This document shows positions 1-12,719 of a stretch of 64,000 nucleotides of DNA, piece by piece (the stretch's first letter is position 1; the number at the start of each line of letters is the position of its first letter). The stretch is taken from NCBI GenBank assembly GCA_964016885.1, contig OZ024748.1, forward strand, positions 14,942,001 to 15,006,000, in the 5' to 3' direction. The notes under the pieces were generated by a model. It was not told the DNA's origin, did not search any database, and saw nothing but the letters and a program-made list of their open reading frames with translations. Position numbers and translations under genes: made by a program. Source of the DNA: Eledone cirrhosa (Eukaryota).

Positions 1-3
1 CTT

Positions 4-296
4 TTAACTTTTTCCCTACCATATTTTGTCAATGATTTTGTCAATGATTTTGTCAATGATTTTGAAATAATATTGAAAATAACCAAGAATTTAGAGGGAT
101 TTAGTAATATAACTAACTTTCTCATTATTAGGCTGGTGTTTGAAGCATAATTTAACAATGGTTCTTACATAAAATTATGATGGGAAAGTGTTTAGATAAA
201 TATAAACACTTTAAAATAAAATAAACAGTTTTGTATCGTAAAATGGGAGGGGAGGGGGGGGGGGATTTCATGAGGTATTGTATCAGAAGGGTTAAA
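4..296. mobile_element. Non-autonomous TTAA-flanked MITE (piggyBac-like family 1)
   Basis: Starts TTAAC.. and ends ..AAGGGTTAA. The internal sequence (aagaattt..gatttagtaatataac..ggtgtttgga..aaaattatgatgg) recurs at ~34724, 36948, 40660 and 51010. A 12-bp unit (TTTGTCAATGAT x3) sits at 24-62. Confidence 0.6.
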
Positions 297-1074
297 GTGC
301 TAGTCTAATAAAAACATTCTAGAATCATCCTTTAAATGATGTTGACAAATGATAGCAATCTTGGAGAGGACTGCCATCATGACCTCCAATATTATCTTTA
401 AAAATATCAACTATAAATAGCAGCCATTTTCTCAACACTGCTGTTATCTTTGTAAAGATTCTTCCAGCTCATCAAACTCCCTCTCTCTTCTCACTTTCTA
501 CCTGTTATCAGATATGAATTATCCTATAAACTGATTGAAAGGTCAGCTAAAGTCCAACATTAATAGGAATTTATTTTAATTGCTTTTATATATGAGTGTA
601 TATATATATATATATATACTCACAGATGTATATATATATATATATATATATATACTCACAGATGTATATATATATATATATATATGTGTGTATTTGTGTT
701 CTATGTATAAATATATAACTGACGTGCATACATACATTCACAGATACACACACATTTGTATATAGATAGATAGATACATACATACATAACCAATAGCTGA
801 CACTTTAATGTCTAAACCATATAGTCTACACATTTATAACCCAAAGCCACACCCCACACAACAAATTAACATAATCCACCACCTCATAATTGCGAATCTA
901 ACTCTCTAACCACTAAGCTTTGCACCATCAAACTAACACAACTTACATTACCCTTACTCTACCCAAACACAGCCCAACATTAAACCCCCTAAAATTAGTC
1001 ACACATTTCATATAACACATAGTCACCAACACAACAAATTAACACATCTTAGATTACACAACTAAAGTCTAAAG

Positions 1075-1330
1075 TCTGTCTCAAGCCAGGAGGCTTGTTA
1101 GGCCAGCACTTATCATGGTTTCAAGGCAGCATGAAGCGACAGAGTACAATACCCTCCTGGACAGGATGTCTGTCCATCACAGGGTTAAACCCCCAGCTAC
1201 TGCTGGTACACATTTTCAGCAACAGGAACTGAAATGTTTTGCTCAAGGACACCATACACAACCCAACCCAGGAATCGAACCCATGACAACATGATCATAA
1301 GTTCCAAGCCCTTATCACTATGATGATAGG
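1075..1330 (-). mobile_element. MetaSINE-like tRNA-derived SINE
   Basis: The reverse strand has a tRNA-like head (GGGTTCGATTCC B box), CCTTGAGCAAAACA, and CTGTGATGGAC..CCTGTCCAGGAGG..GTCGCTTCATGCTG..GAAACC..GATAAG. It is homologous to 13985-14265. Confidence 0.7.
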
Positions 1331-1334
1331 CAAA

Positions 1335-1900
1335 GCTAACCTCAGAGGGATTTGAAATCAGGACATAAAAGGCTATGACTATGCCGCAGAGCATGTTGTC
1401 CAACATTCTACCAATCCACCACTAATAACTACTAATAATGATAATTTTTTTTTCTAACACAGTTCACGGTCAGGAATTTGGCGTAGCAGAGAGAAAGAAC
1501 AATTGACTACACTGACCTCAGTACATAAGTGGTACTTATTTTATCCAACACCAGTTGTATAAAAAGCAAAGTTGGCCTTGGTAATATATGAACTCAGAAT
1601 GCAAAAGAATAACGAAATTCTGCAAAACATTTTGTTTGCCATCGTACCAATTATGCCAAACAACAAAAAATAACAGAACTAACATAAACACAAGGCAGGC
1701 ATTTTTTTATGAGGATGGTGGGATTTTATTGACAACAGTTCTTAATTGGTACTGTATCATACTGATCCTGGATGGACAAAAGGGTAAGGTGACCTCAGCA
1801 GTATTCAAACTTATCACACAAAGAGCCAAAACTAAAAGCTGTATTTATAGAGGCATTTTACATCCAATGTTCTACCGATTCTGCCAATCAAATAGTAATA
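1335..1900 (-). mobile_element. Three decayed Nin/Deu-domain SINE copies
   Basis: Degenerate matches to the family seen intact at 2783-2971 (ggtactt-atttta, gcaaagtt, gaactcag, ctaccgattctgccaatc). Confidence 0.6.
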
Positions 1901-2194
1901 ACAATGATACATTTTTCTGTCTCGTTGTAATTCTACTGTAAACCTGGTGAATCAAACTACCCATTGCTATATTCCCAACTTTTTTATTATATATATATAT
2001 ATATATATAGATGATTTAATAGATTCTAAAAGTGACAACTCCCATCTGTGGGGGAGCATTTCAGGGATTTAACTGTGATATCAAAATGGGATTAGAGAAA
2101 TATGAACGCATAAAGAAGACGACGCAAATTGGTGAGGATGATGATGATGGTAATAATAATAATAATGATAATAATAACAATAATAATAATCTAT

Positions 2195-2610
2195 TTCAGG
2201 TTTAGATATTAAAAGCTGAGAATTAGGAAAAGACCACCCATGCAAGTAGTTAGGGTGAGATGAAGCCGATAAGATACAATATACAACATAGTGAAATGTG
2301 AATGAACATCAGAAGGAAAGGTTGCTAGTAGAGAAAGTCAAAGAGATATTTAGCAGTAAAGTTAATGCTACAAACAAGATTATAGGGATAAATAGACAAG
2401 CCATTTTTCAATCATAAATTACAGTTTCAATATAACACATTGGAAATTAAGTCAACTGGAGAGTTGAGATAGGAACACAAGAAGAAATATACCAACCGCA
2501 TTCCAAGCCAATTATTGTTAAGCTGGTGCAGATAGCAGTTGCCTCAGATGTGCACAGACAGAACAGAGCTGAGGCAAATTAGAAAACTATTATAAAAGCA
2601 CAACACAGTC
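2195..2610 (+). pseudogene. R4/Dong-clade non-LTR retrotransposon RT remnant
   Basis: Hand translation with frameshifts gives DHPCK*LG..DEADKIQ..VKEIFSSKVNATNKIIGINRQAI..IINYSFNITHWKLSQLES*DRNTRR..LENYYKSTT. This matches the R4/Dong pattern YKYLG..LKSKLN.xNK..AIN..A..YSF.I..W...EL..LDRKTRK. It is preceded by (AAT)n at ~2152-2190. Confidence 0.7.
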
Positions 2611-2782
2611 TTTTTTAGTTTAAAGGCTGTCTCAATCCTAATGGCCCACATGGCCAGATACATTTTGCCCTCATGGTGTTTTAAGTGACTAAGAGTGGAA
2701 GAGCACCTTCCTCTGGATGGGACATTATAGGATTAGAAAAATACACAGAACAACACAAAGAAATTACACTGATTTATATAAT

Positions 2783-2971
2783 TGTTTCTACATTTGGCAC
2801 AAGGCCAGCAATTACTCAGTGCATTACTGGTACTTTATTTTATCGACCCCGTAAGGATGAAAGGCAAATTCAACCTCGGCGGGATTTGAACTCAGATCGT
2901 AAAGGGACGTAACTATGCTGGAAAGCATGGCGTCCGACCCTCTACCGATACTGCTAATCCACCGCCTTGTC
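2783..2971 (-). mobile_element. Full-length tRNA-derived Nin/Deu-domain SINE with 18-bp TSD
   Basis: The reverse strand reads GGCGGTGGATTAGCAGTATCGGTAG (A box), GAGTTCAAATCC (B box), GCCTTTCATCCTTACGGGGTCGATAAAAT (Nin/Deu core), GCTGGCCTTGTGCCAAATGTAGAAACA. The TSD TACACTGATTTATATAAT is at 2765-2782 and 2972-2989. Confidence 0.9.
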
Positions 2972-3025
2972 TACACTGATTTATATAATGATATATATAT
3001 ATATATGTATGAATGTATATGTATA

Positions 3026-3161
3026 AATCAAGAGGGATACAATAAGAAACTGGTTTGACCATTACTCAACAGAGCACTCGATATTTGGTGTAGTAGAACA
3101 TGGTTATATAAGACTAGCTGTTGAAAAGGCAAGAGCTCAACCATCGGGTCCTGACTCTTTC

Positions 3162-3163
<2 letters not shown>
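3026..3163 (+). mobile_element. Penelope-like fold-back mini-element remnant (GAGCTC-loop family)
   Basis: The 3' half of a hammerhead (TTGAAAAGGCAAGAGCTCAACCATCGGGTC) is joined to an inverted tail containing GAGCACTCGATAT (3072-3084). Homologous to 7878-7930, 23558-23750 and 29103-29290. Confidence 0.55.
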
Positions 3164-3239
<76 letters not shown>

Positions 3240-3253
3240 GTGTGTGTGTGTGT
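3163..3253. repeat. (GT)n microsatellite
   Basis: Direct read. Confidence 0.95.
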
Positions 3254-5353
3254 ATATATGACTGATATGATACAAAAAGGCAGTTCAATGCAGTAGAAAT
3301 ATATAAAGGGCAAAGCATGACAAATTGTTTTTTACCCAGTATATTTCAGCATAATATTTCTGAGCTATAATCCTCTTTTCAAATGACAAAATAAAAATTG
3401 TTCCAAGACACATTATCATGGTTTTTATGTCAATTTTTCTGTGTGTTGGATAGGGATTTTTGAGGCAATGTTTTACAATCAGATGCTCTCCTTTTCTCTA
3501 TGCCTTTTAGTCACAACTTATGACCGACAGGTTTACAGTGTATTTATTCTAAACCAGATACCGCCAGAGTAGAAAGGACTCTTCAATCAATCTGAACATA
3601 TGCCACCTTCTCTATTGCTGGTGCCTTGATAAAATACACCCAATACACTCTGTAAAGTGGTAGTTTTAATTCCACAGTAATATGAATAAAACATGCAGTA
3701 CTCTTTGTAAAATTACAGTGCAGGTACCACGATAAAATTCACCAAGTACACTCTGTAAAGGAATTATAATTGATTAATTGATATATTGGTATATTAAAGT
3801 ATTGATGCATAGATTTATTGGGATTTTAATGTATAGATATATTTATTTATAGGTATATTGATGTCCTAATATATTGGTTTATTGCTACATAAATTTATTG
3901 GTATATTGGTATATTAGAGTATAGATTGACTGGTGTATTGGTGCATAACATAAATATATATTCATATACTGGTGTATATATTGATTGATATATCGATATA
4001 ATAATGTGTTGATATATTGATACAGTGGGGCTGCACTTGAAATGATGTAGTTCTCAAGAAAACTAATTAAGCACACTGCCATGAAACAAAAATTAAATTT
4101 ACAGTTCACACATATTCAGTTTTCTTGGGTGTTTTAATGTTTGGGATCCCAGTCCTAACATGCACACATATGTATCTTGTTACAGCTCACCCGTATTCAG
4201 TTTTAGCTGACTTCCAATAAGTTTCCATTTTATAGGAGGTTCCTTTGTCATTTTAAGGATTGGGATCCCAGTCCTATCATGTTGTTCTTACAGCTTACAC
4301 CTATCACCTACACTGCTTGCATTTTCAGAGCAGGGTTTTAGGGTATTTTGATAATATCTGAGCCATTCCTATAATGAAAAGCCACAAGAAATAAAGCATC
4401 TTGTTCAGTCCTGGAATCAAACCCATGACCATACGATCATGTGTCCAGCACTCTTACTATTAGATTACATGCCTTCACAGAAATCTACATGAAAAGCTGA
4501 AGTTATTAAGACAGATATTCTAGTTATGAGATACCATCTTTTTTTTAAATAACAAAAATAATATATATTTGTGGAACACTGAGTAAAAACCATTCCAAAC
4601 TGTATTGGCATTTCAATAATTCTGTTAATAAGGGTGAAATACAAATGATTTTAGAGGACAAATAGAATATTCAATATAAATATACTGGAGTTCTATAAAA
4701 TATTGATTAAAAACAACATTAAGAATCAAATAAAATATGTATACTAATTTTCAGAATGTTGGTATAATAAAATAACAAAATTAATATTCCACTTCAAAAT
4801 TGATAAGTCTTCCGTGTGTTTGTGTACAGAGAACAGCACAGATATAACTTGATATGATGATGAATTTACATTGACCCACATAACTACGAGTATAATGACA
4901 TTCAATATATTTGTATTTACATCATGTGTCCATGAAAAGACAAGAGCATACATGCTTAATATATATCTGTGTGTATGTGCAAACACACACACACACAGAG
5001 CTCGCTCATTTGCATACACACGTACACATGCATATATTCGCCCCTCATATATAGATACATGCATTCACAGACATATGCACACACGTACACATACACGGAC
5101 CCACAGATATATGTATATCTATCCATACATACACACATATATATATATATGCATATACACATATATTCACACCCATATATACATACACATACATATACCC
5201 GCGCATACATATGCAATCTTGAATGGTCAAACATACAGATGATGTCCCAAACTCTTGATCAATCGACGGGCCACACAAACAGGATGATGGCAGATGATAG
5301 AAATTCTAAGGGTCAGAGTCCAACAGAAAGAGGATTTGCTTCGAAATCACTAG

Positions 5354-5446
5354 ACGTGTCTGAGGAATTTGTGAATCTAGAGTGAGGTTCGAGCCACAAA
5401 CAGATCGCACCTCAAGCTGTTCACCGGAGAAACAATTGTAATACGT
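5354..5446 (+). ncRNA. Type-I hammerhead ribozyme-like motif with long stem II and palindromic stem III
   Basis: ACGTGT-CTGAGGA-(GTGAA..GAGGT..ACCTC..TTCAC)-GAAA-CAATTG-TA-ATACGT. Stem I is 6 bp, ACAATTGT is palindromic, the triplet is GUA, and AATAAA follows at 5447-5452. Confidence 0.75.
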
Positions 5447-5559
5447 AATAAATTGTGTTCTGATGTATCACTGATTCCTCGTTTTCCATATTTTATATAT
5501 ATATATAGTTTTTCTATCAACTAAAATGTTATTTTGTAGGCTTAGCTACAATGAAAATA

Positions 5560-5822
5560 TAAAAGTGAGAGAAAACATAAACTGAGAGATTTGTTTTAGC
5601 ACAGCCAATTAGGGAGAGAATCAAACTAGGTGAAATGCAGTTTAGTTTTGTGCCAGGGGGTTGAACAACAGATGCACTTTTCTTAGAGAGACGACTACAT
5701 GAGAGGTTCCTATCTACACAGAGTTCTACAATCTTTCATCTGGTGGTCCTTAAAGAATGGCTTGTGAGAGCAATGCAAGATATGTAAAGAGGAGCTGTTA
5801 TTAAAATAAGAGATTGATGAAA
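5560..5822 (+). pseudogene. RTE-clade LINE RT remnant
   Basis: Translates as IRERIKLGEMQFSFVPG..TTDAL..RRLHERFL..IWWSL..EWLVRAMQDM*RGAV, resembling the RTE motif QFGF.PGRGTTDAIF..RQLQEK. Confidence 0.75.
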
Positions 5823-6164
5823 TAAGTAACTAATTTAAAAATTAAGTATGATTGACTAAATACAAGGGGTACACCAGCATGGCCACAATCTAATGAGTGA
5901 AATTAGTAAAAAATTAAAAAAAGGATTATAGTTTGCTTGCCCTTAATATGAGAAGAACAGAGACTGTTTATAATGAGAACACAATACGAAACAGTAGAGA
6001 ATACATATTTAACACAATTTCTTCTGAAAAAAAACCCATCCAGTTTGCCCTACAGGGGCCAGCCACAAAATAAAATTATTTTTATTACACACAAACACAC
6101 ATACACATATATATATACACACACACACATATATATATACACACACACATATATATATACATAT

Positions 6165-6330
6165 GTAGTTGATGACTGATAGAAAAGAGTACTCAATACC
6201 AAAGTAGAGTTGAAATATTTATTTTATTTAGGCTAGATAGTTGGCTTTTATCTGATGATCCTTGGATAAACAGGCAAAATTCCAGAGCACAAAGACTCAC
6301 TATTTAGCCTTAATAAGATGGATATATATA
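6165..6330 (+). mobile_element. Decayed hammerhead-bearing fold-back mini-element
   Basis: CTGATGA at 6252-6258 is followed by TCCTTG..CAGG and a degenerate GAAA. An inverted tail carries GAGTACTCAATAC (6187-6199). The 3' part is shared with the 30510-30590 family. Confidence 0.5.
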
Positions 6331-6370
6331 TAATACATAATATATATGTTTGCAAGCATGTATGTTTATC

Positions 6371-6405
<35 letters not shown>

Positions 6406-6792
6406 GGAAGTGGTATAAGCACAACAATTGATTCTGTAGCAAATAGGTGTGTTGTTGTTGTTAAAGGAAGCTAAATCCTTGGAAGCAGTGAAGAGGTTGT
6501 CAAAAAGAGGAGGAATCAAGTGGACATTCGATTGTCTGTTGTTGGTAGACACTGCACCATTAAAATCAATTGAATATTACTTAACCTGTCATCTTTCATT
6601 GAACAAAAGATCATTCATGGATGTGTGTGTATGTGTATAAATGTAAACATTAGTGGGTGTAATTGCATTTGCTGCTGCATCTCTGTGTATATCTGTGGGA
6701 AAGTATGTGTAGAGGGAACGGGTTTTAGGGGCAGTGGTAGACCATATATGGGTGCAAGGGTACACTGTCATTCTTTCCCATGCCTCTCTCTT

Positions 6793-6857
<65 letters not shown>

Positions 6858-8049
6858 TTGTGTGTATAAATATATTATAAGTGTGTGTGTGTATCTTTGC
6901 ATATATATTTGTGTGTATATATTTATATATATATATTACTGTGTATGTGTATGTGAGTATTTGCACATGCATGTATTTATACAATCACACACATTAATGA
7001 AACATATATAAAAGCATAAACGGGTAAAACCAAGGATGGGAATATATATGGATAATTAGATAGAGAGATTAGTTATATATATATAGAGAGAGAGAGGGAG
7101 AGAGATAGATAGATAGATAGATGGAAAGGTAGGTAGGTAAACAAATAGAAAGATAGATAGATAGGTAGTTGGACAAACAGACAAAGAAAGGCAGATATTG
7201 ATAAAGAGAGTGAAAGCAAAAGAAAGAGATAGAATTAAAAGTAACGCTAACAAGGGAGCTCTTTATTTTACCATTTCCTTGAGGAAAGCCACAACTGACA
7301 TGTTGAATAATCAGAATGGCATCAGAAGAGAAACTCTGTGAAAATGCTTCAATTCTTACAAATTTGGGATTTCAAAATTTCTTTGGGGATGAATCTCTAA
7401 GCACAGTATTGAAATCTCAAGAGTCTTTTGCTAAACCAACCAATACCACTGAGCTTTGGTACAGAGTTTCTTTGTGTCAACAAAGGTGTTTATGTTTGAT
7501 CTGTCCCTAGACTTGATGTTGGTTGTAGACAGTAAAGCTATAGAGTTTTATTATTACCGTTATTGTTGTTGGGTTTATATAACTCATGAGACCTACTTAA
7601 CTGTTTAACAGTTAAATATGGTATCAGATACACAAGCCTATGTTATGCTACATAAAGCCATGTTTATATCTGCACACAAACATACACACACACAGATACT
7701 CACACACATATACACACACAGAGTGATACTCAAAATCACACACCCATTCAGATTCATATTCACACGCATACACTTAGACATTATATTAATGACTAAGATG
7801 CAAATGATTTTATCTATCTATCTTTATCCCTACCTACCTATGTCTGTCTGTCTGTCTCTCTCACTCTCTCTCTGTAGATTAGCTGTTGGAATGGCCAGAG
7901 CTCAGCCATTGGGTCCTGACTCTTTTCATATATATATGTATGTATATAGTGTATTGGTATGTAATGTTTAGTTTAGTTTCTGATGGTTCACTAGTTTGAG
8001 CACACAATACTGATATTTGTGCCCGGCTGCCAATGTGTAAGAATGTTAA

Positions 8050-8812
8050 TAATAATGGTTGTTGATTTAGGCACAAGGCCAACAATTTCTTGGAGGGAGG
8101 GTTACTCGATTAAATTGACCTCAGTACATTCCAGGTACTTTATTCTATATCAACCCCATAAGGATGAAAGACAAAGCTAAACTCGGCAGGATTTCAAGAT
8201 TGTTAATAATTGTTTCTACTTTAGGCACAAGGCCAGCAATTACCCAGTACATTACTGGTACTTTATTTTATCGACCCCGTAAGGATGAAAGGCAAAGTCA
8301 ACTTCGGCGGGATTTGAACTCAGATCGTAAAGGGACGTAACTATGCTGGAAAGCATGGCGTCCGACCCTCTACAAATACTGCCAATCCACCATAATAATT
8401 GTTTCTACTTTAGGCACAAGGCCAGCAATTACCCAGTGCATTACTGGTACTTTATTTTATCGACCCCGTGAGGATGAAAGGCAAAGTCAACCTCGGCAGG
8501 ATTTGAACTCAGATCATAAAGGGACGTAACTATGCTGGAAAGCATGACGTCCGACCCTCTACCGATACTGCCAATCCACCATAATAATGGTTTCTTATAT
8601 AGGCAGCATTATAAAGGCCAGCAATTTTGGGGGAGGGGAAAGTCGATCAAATCAACCCCAGTGCATGACTGGTACTTTATTTTATCAACCCCGTAAGGAT
8701 GAAAGGCAAAGTTAACCTCGGTGGGATTTGAAGTCAGACTGTAAAGGGCTGTATCTCCATGCTACAAAGCATGGGGTCTAACGTTCTACTGATACTGTCA
8801 ATCCACCGCCCA
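8050..8812 (-). mobile_element. Tandem array of four Nin/Deu-domain SINEs
   Basis: Head-to-tail copies start at ~8050, 8205, 8393 and 8582, joined through (AAT)n tails. The middle two are near-identical. Confidence 0.9.
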
Positions 8813-8923
8813 TATTATTACTACTATAACCAAAACTCAATGCTATAAAGCATAGTGTCTGACGCTCTACCAATTCACTGATGAACAAAGTATCAATATC
8901 ACATCATTATGTTTATTCACACT

Positions 8924-9090
8924 TGACACATGTTTCATGATCAATAAGCTCAAAGTACGATCAATAGAGATCACACCCACCTATGGAACTGATAGTTGGA
9001 ATCCATGAGTTCAATGAGCTATTGATTCCAGAGTCAAGCATGATCTATACTAATTGCACCTTGAGCCAATTGATCAAGAAACACATGTCA
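8924..9090. mobile_element. ~167-bp MITE-like element with ~50-bp imperfect TIRs
   Basis: TGACACATGTTTCATGATCAATAAGCTCAAAGTACGATCAATAGAGATCA matches the reverse complement of the right end, TGACATGTGTTTCTTGATCAATTGGCTCAAGGTGCAATTAGTATAGATCA. Confidence 0.6.
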
Positions 9091-9144
9091 TGTATGAATA
9101 AAATAATAATATTATACTGATACTTGTTTCCTGCTCCTTGTTAT

Positions 9145-9240
9145 TAGCCTTTCATCCTTACGGGGTCGATAAAATAAAGTACCAGTAATGCACTGGGTAT
9201 TTGCTGGCCTTGTGCCAAACGTAGAAACAATTATTATGAT
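9145..9240 (+). mobile_element. 5'-truncated Nin/Deu SINE
   Basis: GCCTTTCATCCTTACGGGGTCGATAAAATAAAGTACCAG..GTAGAAACAATTATT. Confidence 0.85.
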
Positions 9241-10018
9241 TATCATCATATATATATAAAAATAAATATATATATGCACACACATATATACACATCTCAA
9301 AACCTACCTATTTCTTTCAGTCTACCTACTTATCTATTTCTCTACCAAACTGTCTATCTAAACCATTCTTCAGTATAGTATACTATACACCTCATTCTTT
9401 ATATACCAAACCATAAAACCTAAATATAATGAGTTTATTTGTTCCTTTCAGGCACAGACAAAAATGCATTAACATATTTTAATATTATCAATATTTAAAA
9501 ATATATTTATAGAAAAACATCAAACCAATTTATAAATATTAAAATACTATTTCTGGATTTTGTAGATAATAGTCTCAATTTGTACCATATTCCATCTTGT
9601 TTTAATATTTCTTTCTCTCCATTTACTATATGTATCATTATCATTTAGCATCTGTTTATTGCAGCTAGCAAGGGTTGGACAGGTTGTCATCGACCATGCC
9701 ACTACTTAATAGGATTTAGAGAACTCTCAGATGAACTGCAAGTCTCACCACACTATCATTTGTCCCTGCACTATACAGGTGGACCAGGTGCATTTTATTA
9801 TGTCACCAACATTATAGAGGTTGTCAGGCATTCGGCAAAACTGATGAATTCTATCAACCCTTTGCTTGGTATCGTTCCTATAGATGGATTTCCTTCGCAA
9901 TATCAACAACTTTACTGGCAGTAGAGAGGTTGTTGTGTCATTGACACAACTGAAGAATTCTCCCTAACTTTTGTTTGGCATATTTTCTATGTTTGCCTGT
10001 CCTTCATTTGTGTGTGTA

Positions 10019-10076
<58 letters not shown>

Positions 10077-10154
10077 AAAAGTAAACGGAAAAAACAAAAC
10101 AGATGATAAATTACAATGAAGATATATCTTAGATTCATGCTTAATATACTAGGA

Positions 10155-10196
10155 AAAGTCTTAACATTTCAGATATTAGTCCTTCATCAGAAAATA
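10155..10196 (-). ncRNA. Minimal hammerhead-like motif
   Basis: The reverse strand reads CTGATGA-AGGACTAATATCT-GAAA-TGTTAAGAC. A more decayed + strand relative is at 23025-23056 (ATGATGAAGGACTAACATCCGAGATGTTGAGA). Confidence 0.55.
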
Positions 10197-10314
10197 GAAT
10201 GACAAATTAAAGAAGAAATAAAAAGATATAGGAGAGTGAGCACGGGTAGATAAAAAAAAAAAGATTTTTTTGAGAAATACCAGGTCTGTTGATTTTACCA
10301 TCTCTCATATTATA

Positions 10315-10379
10315 CAGGTTGTCCCCCCAAAATGTATACACATTTTTATTATAGTGTTTATACATTTTTTGTGGGATAT

Positions 10380-10383
<4 letters not shown>
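10315..10383. mobile_element. Tiny Tc1/mariner-type MITE
   Basis: TA|CAGGTTGTCCCCCCAAAATGTATACACA...TGTTTATACATTTTTTGTGGGATATCCTA|TA forms a hairpin with TA flanks. Confidence 0.55.
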
Positions 10384-10421
<38 letters not shown>

Positions 10422-10770
10422 CTGACCTTAATAATAACGAATGAAAACCTAGTAGAAGAGAATACTTGATCATCTGAAACATCTATCTTGATTATTTTAC
10501 TAATCATGTCATGTCAGTCCTCCCCCACAATCTCAATCCCCCTATGCCCACCACTATACCTATTCAATCAGAAGTATTGTGTCTATGCTTTCTTTTTCTT
10601 TGAAAAAAAATCAATATATAATAATAAAAAATGCATGAAATACAAAAGATATAAAGGTTTCTCATTTGAGAAGTAAAGATTATGTGTGTGTGTGTATATA
10701 TATATGCACATATGTATATATGTATTTATATATATTGCTCTTTCTCTCTCTCTCATATACAAATATATAC

Positions 10771-10817
<47 letters not shown>

Positions 10818-10998
10818 GTGTGATAGTCAGGCAGATGATAAGAAATGTAATAGTTTCCATCTAGGTGGTGGTGTTGTAAGTGAGGGTGATAAGTGTAACA
10901 ACATCGGTGGAGAGGGGGTTAGGGCTGAGAGAACACAAGAAACATAATAATATTTTAAGAGTGAAAATCTATCTGTGAAATAACAGATAGTTAGAAGG

Positions 10999-11031
<33 letters not shown>

Positions 11032-11069
11032 TATTTATACATACACAACAACTATCAGGAAACATATCA

Positions 11070-12589
11070 ATATCAACAGTGCTACTCCAGAACAGTGAAA
11101 AATTGCCAGTGTCATTCCTCTGTTCAAAAAGGGTGACCGCACATCACCTGTGAACTATCATCCAGTCAGTCTTACTAGTTGCATCGCCAAACTGATGGAA
11201 TCCTGTGTCAGAGAAACACTTTGGAACTTCTGGAGCTCTCACAGTCTTATCCGGCCCTCGCAATTTGGATTTATCACCAACTCCAGCTGCTGTGATCAAC
11301 TTATAGTGTTTCTTGAGGACATCACCCGGATCACTGAAGGCGGCTCATGGGTGGATGTTGTTTACCTTGACTTTGCGAAAGCCTTCAATTCTGTGCCACA
11401 CAAAAGGCTTATGGCAAAACTCTCTGCAATGGGTGTGAAGGATGATCTTTTTAATTGGTTGAAGTCCTTCATTCTCAGTCGAAGAGAGGTAGTCACGGTT
11501 CTGGGACAGCATTCCTCATCATATGAGATGTCATCTGTGGTACCACAGGGATCTGTTCTTGGCCCCCTTTTGTATGTGGCATATATTAATGACATAGATG
11601 CCAACTTAAAGAATGCCACAGTACTAAAGTACGCAGACGACATCAAGCTGTACCTTGAGATAAAAAGGACAGATCCTGAACACTATAGATCTTGCTTGCA
11701 GTCTGACCTGGACACACTGCAACAATGGATCTCAGACTGGCAACTCAAGCATCACCATGCATTTTGGGAGTAAAAACCCAGCGTCCACATACTCCCTCCA
11801 CAGCACTAATATCAAGAAGTCTTCTTGTGAACGTGACCTGGGCATTACGGTCAGCAGCGATTTGTGTTGGACGAAGCACGTCTCTAAAATTGTCAAGAGG
11901 GCCGAGGGTGTCTTAGCATCACTCAGCAAGACCTTTGTCAGCCACTCTCCAGATATCTATTTAAGGCTGTACATGGCTATGGTGCGGCCACACTTAGAAT
12001 TTGCATCACCAGTCTGGAACCCCCTATCTTGATCAGAACATTGACCACCTGGAAACTGTTCAGAGACGTGCAACCAAGCGAATACCCTCCATCAGGCATC
12101 TACCATACTCTGAGCGCCTTGCTTCCCTGGGCATGGATACATTGAAGCTCCGACACCTGGCAACTGACTTGGTAAACACCCACACAATTGTTAACCATCT
12201 TGCCAACAACAACCCTGAGTACCTTTTTGATTTCCATGTGTCTAACACACGTGGACATGCCCACAAAGTCAGAAAACAGCACAGTTCCCATGACTTTCAG
12301 AAACATTTTTTCACGCTCAGAGTTGCTGAAGCATGGGACAAACTACCTCCATCGGTTGTTAGCTGTCGAGACACTGCATCCTTTAAGGCCTCCATGCTTC
12401 CCAAGATCTGCCAACACTACAGCTAATGTTCCCCCTCCATACACATACACACATGTATACCATGACTCATACACTGTATACCATGACTCATACTGACATT
12501 TGTGTATTATTCTATCTACTATACATACACCTTTGACGAGTTGTAGTGCACCTGAGCACTTTACACAATAATTTCATTATTATTATTAT
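11070..12589 (+). mobile_element. 5'-truncated CR1-group LINE (RT domain, C-terminus, 3' UTR), disrupted
   Basis: Motifs: *KIASVIPLFKKGD..NYHPVSLTS, QFGF, YLDFAKAFNSVPH, VPQGSVLGPLL, YADD (11630-11641), ERDLGI, VRPHLEFASPVWNP, TRGHAHK..FFTLRVAEAWDKLP. Frameshifts lie at ~11750 and ~12025, and the stop at 12424-12426. A 3' stem-loop AGTGC-ACCTGA-GCACT (12545-12560) precedes an (ATT)n tail. Confidence 0.95.
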
Positions 12590-12719
12590 ATACTGTACAC
12601 CAACTCCACCATAAAAAAACATGAGAAACTATCTGAGATAGTATAACATGATTATGTTTACTCTCAGTTATATCATTGTCATCATCATTGCCACATAACT
12701 CTTTGAAAACTTCCCACTT

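Noticed and set aside
4110-4310. Twice-repeated TTGGGATCCCAGTCCT block
   Set aside because: It looks like a local ~120-bp decayed duplication; no ribozyme core or element ends were found.
7316-7510. 64-aa ATG ORF MASEEKLC..
   Set aside because: It is short, with no recognisable motif or convincing splice sites.
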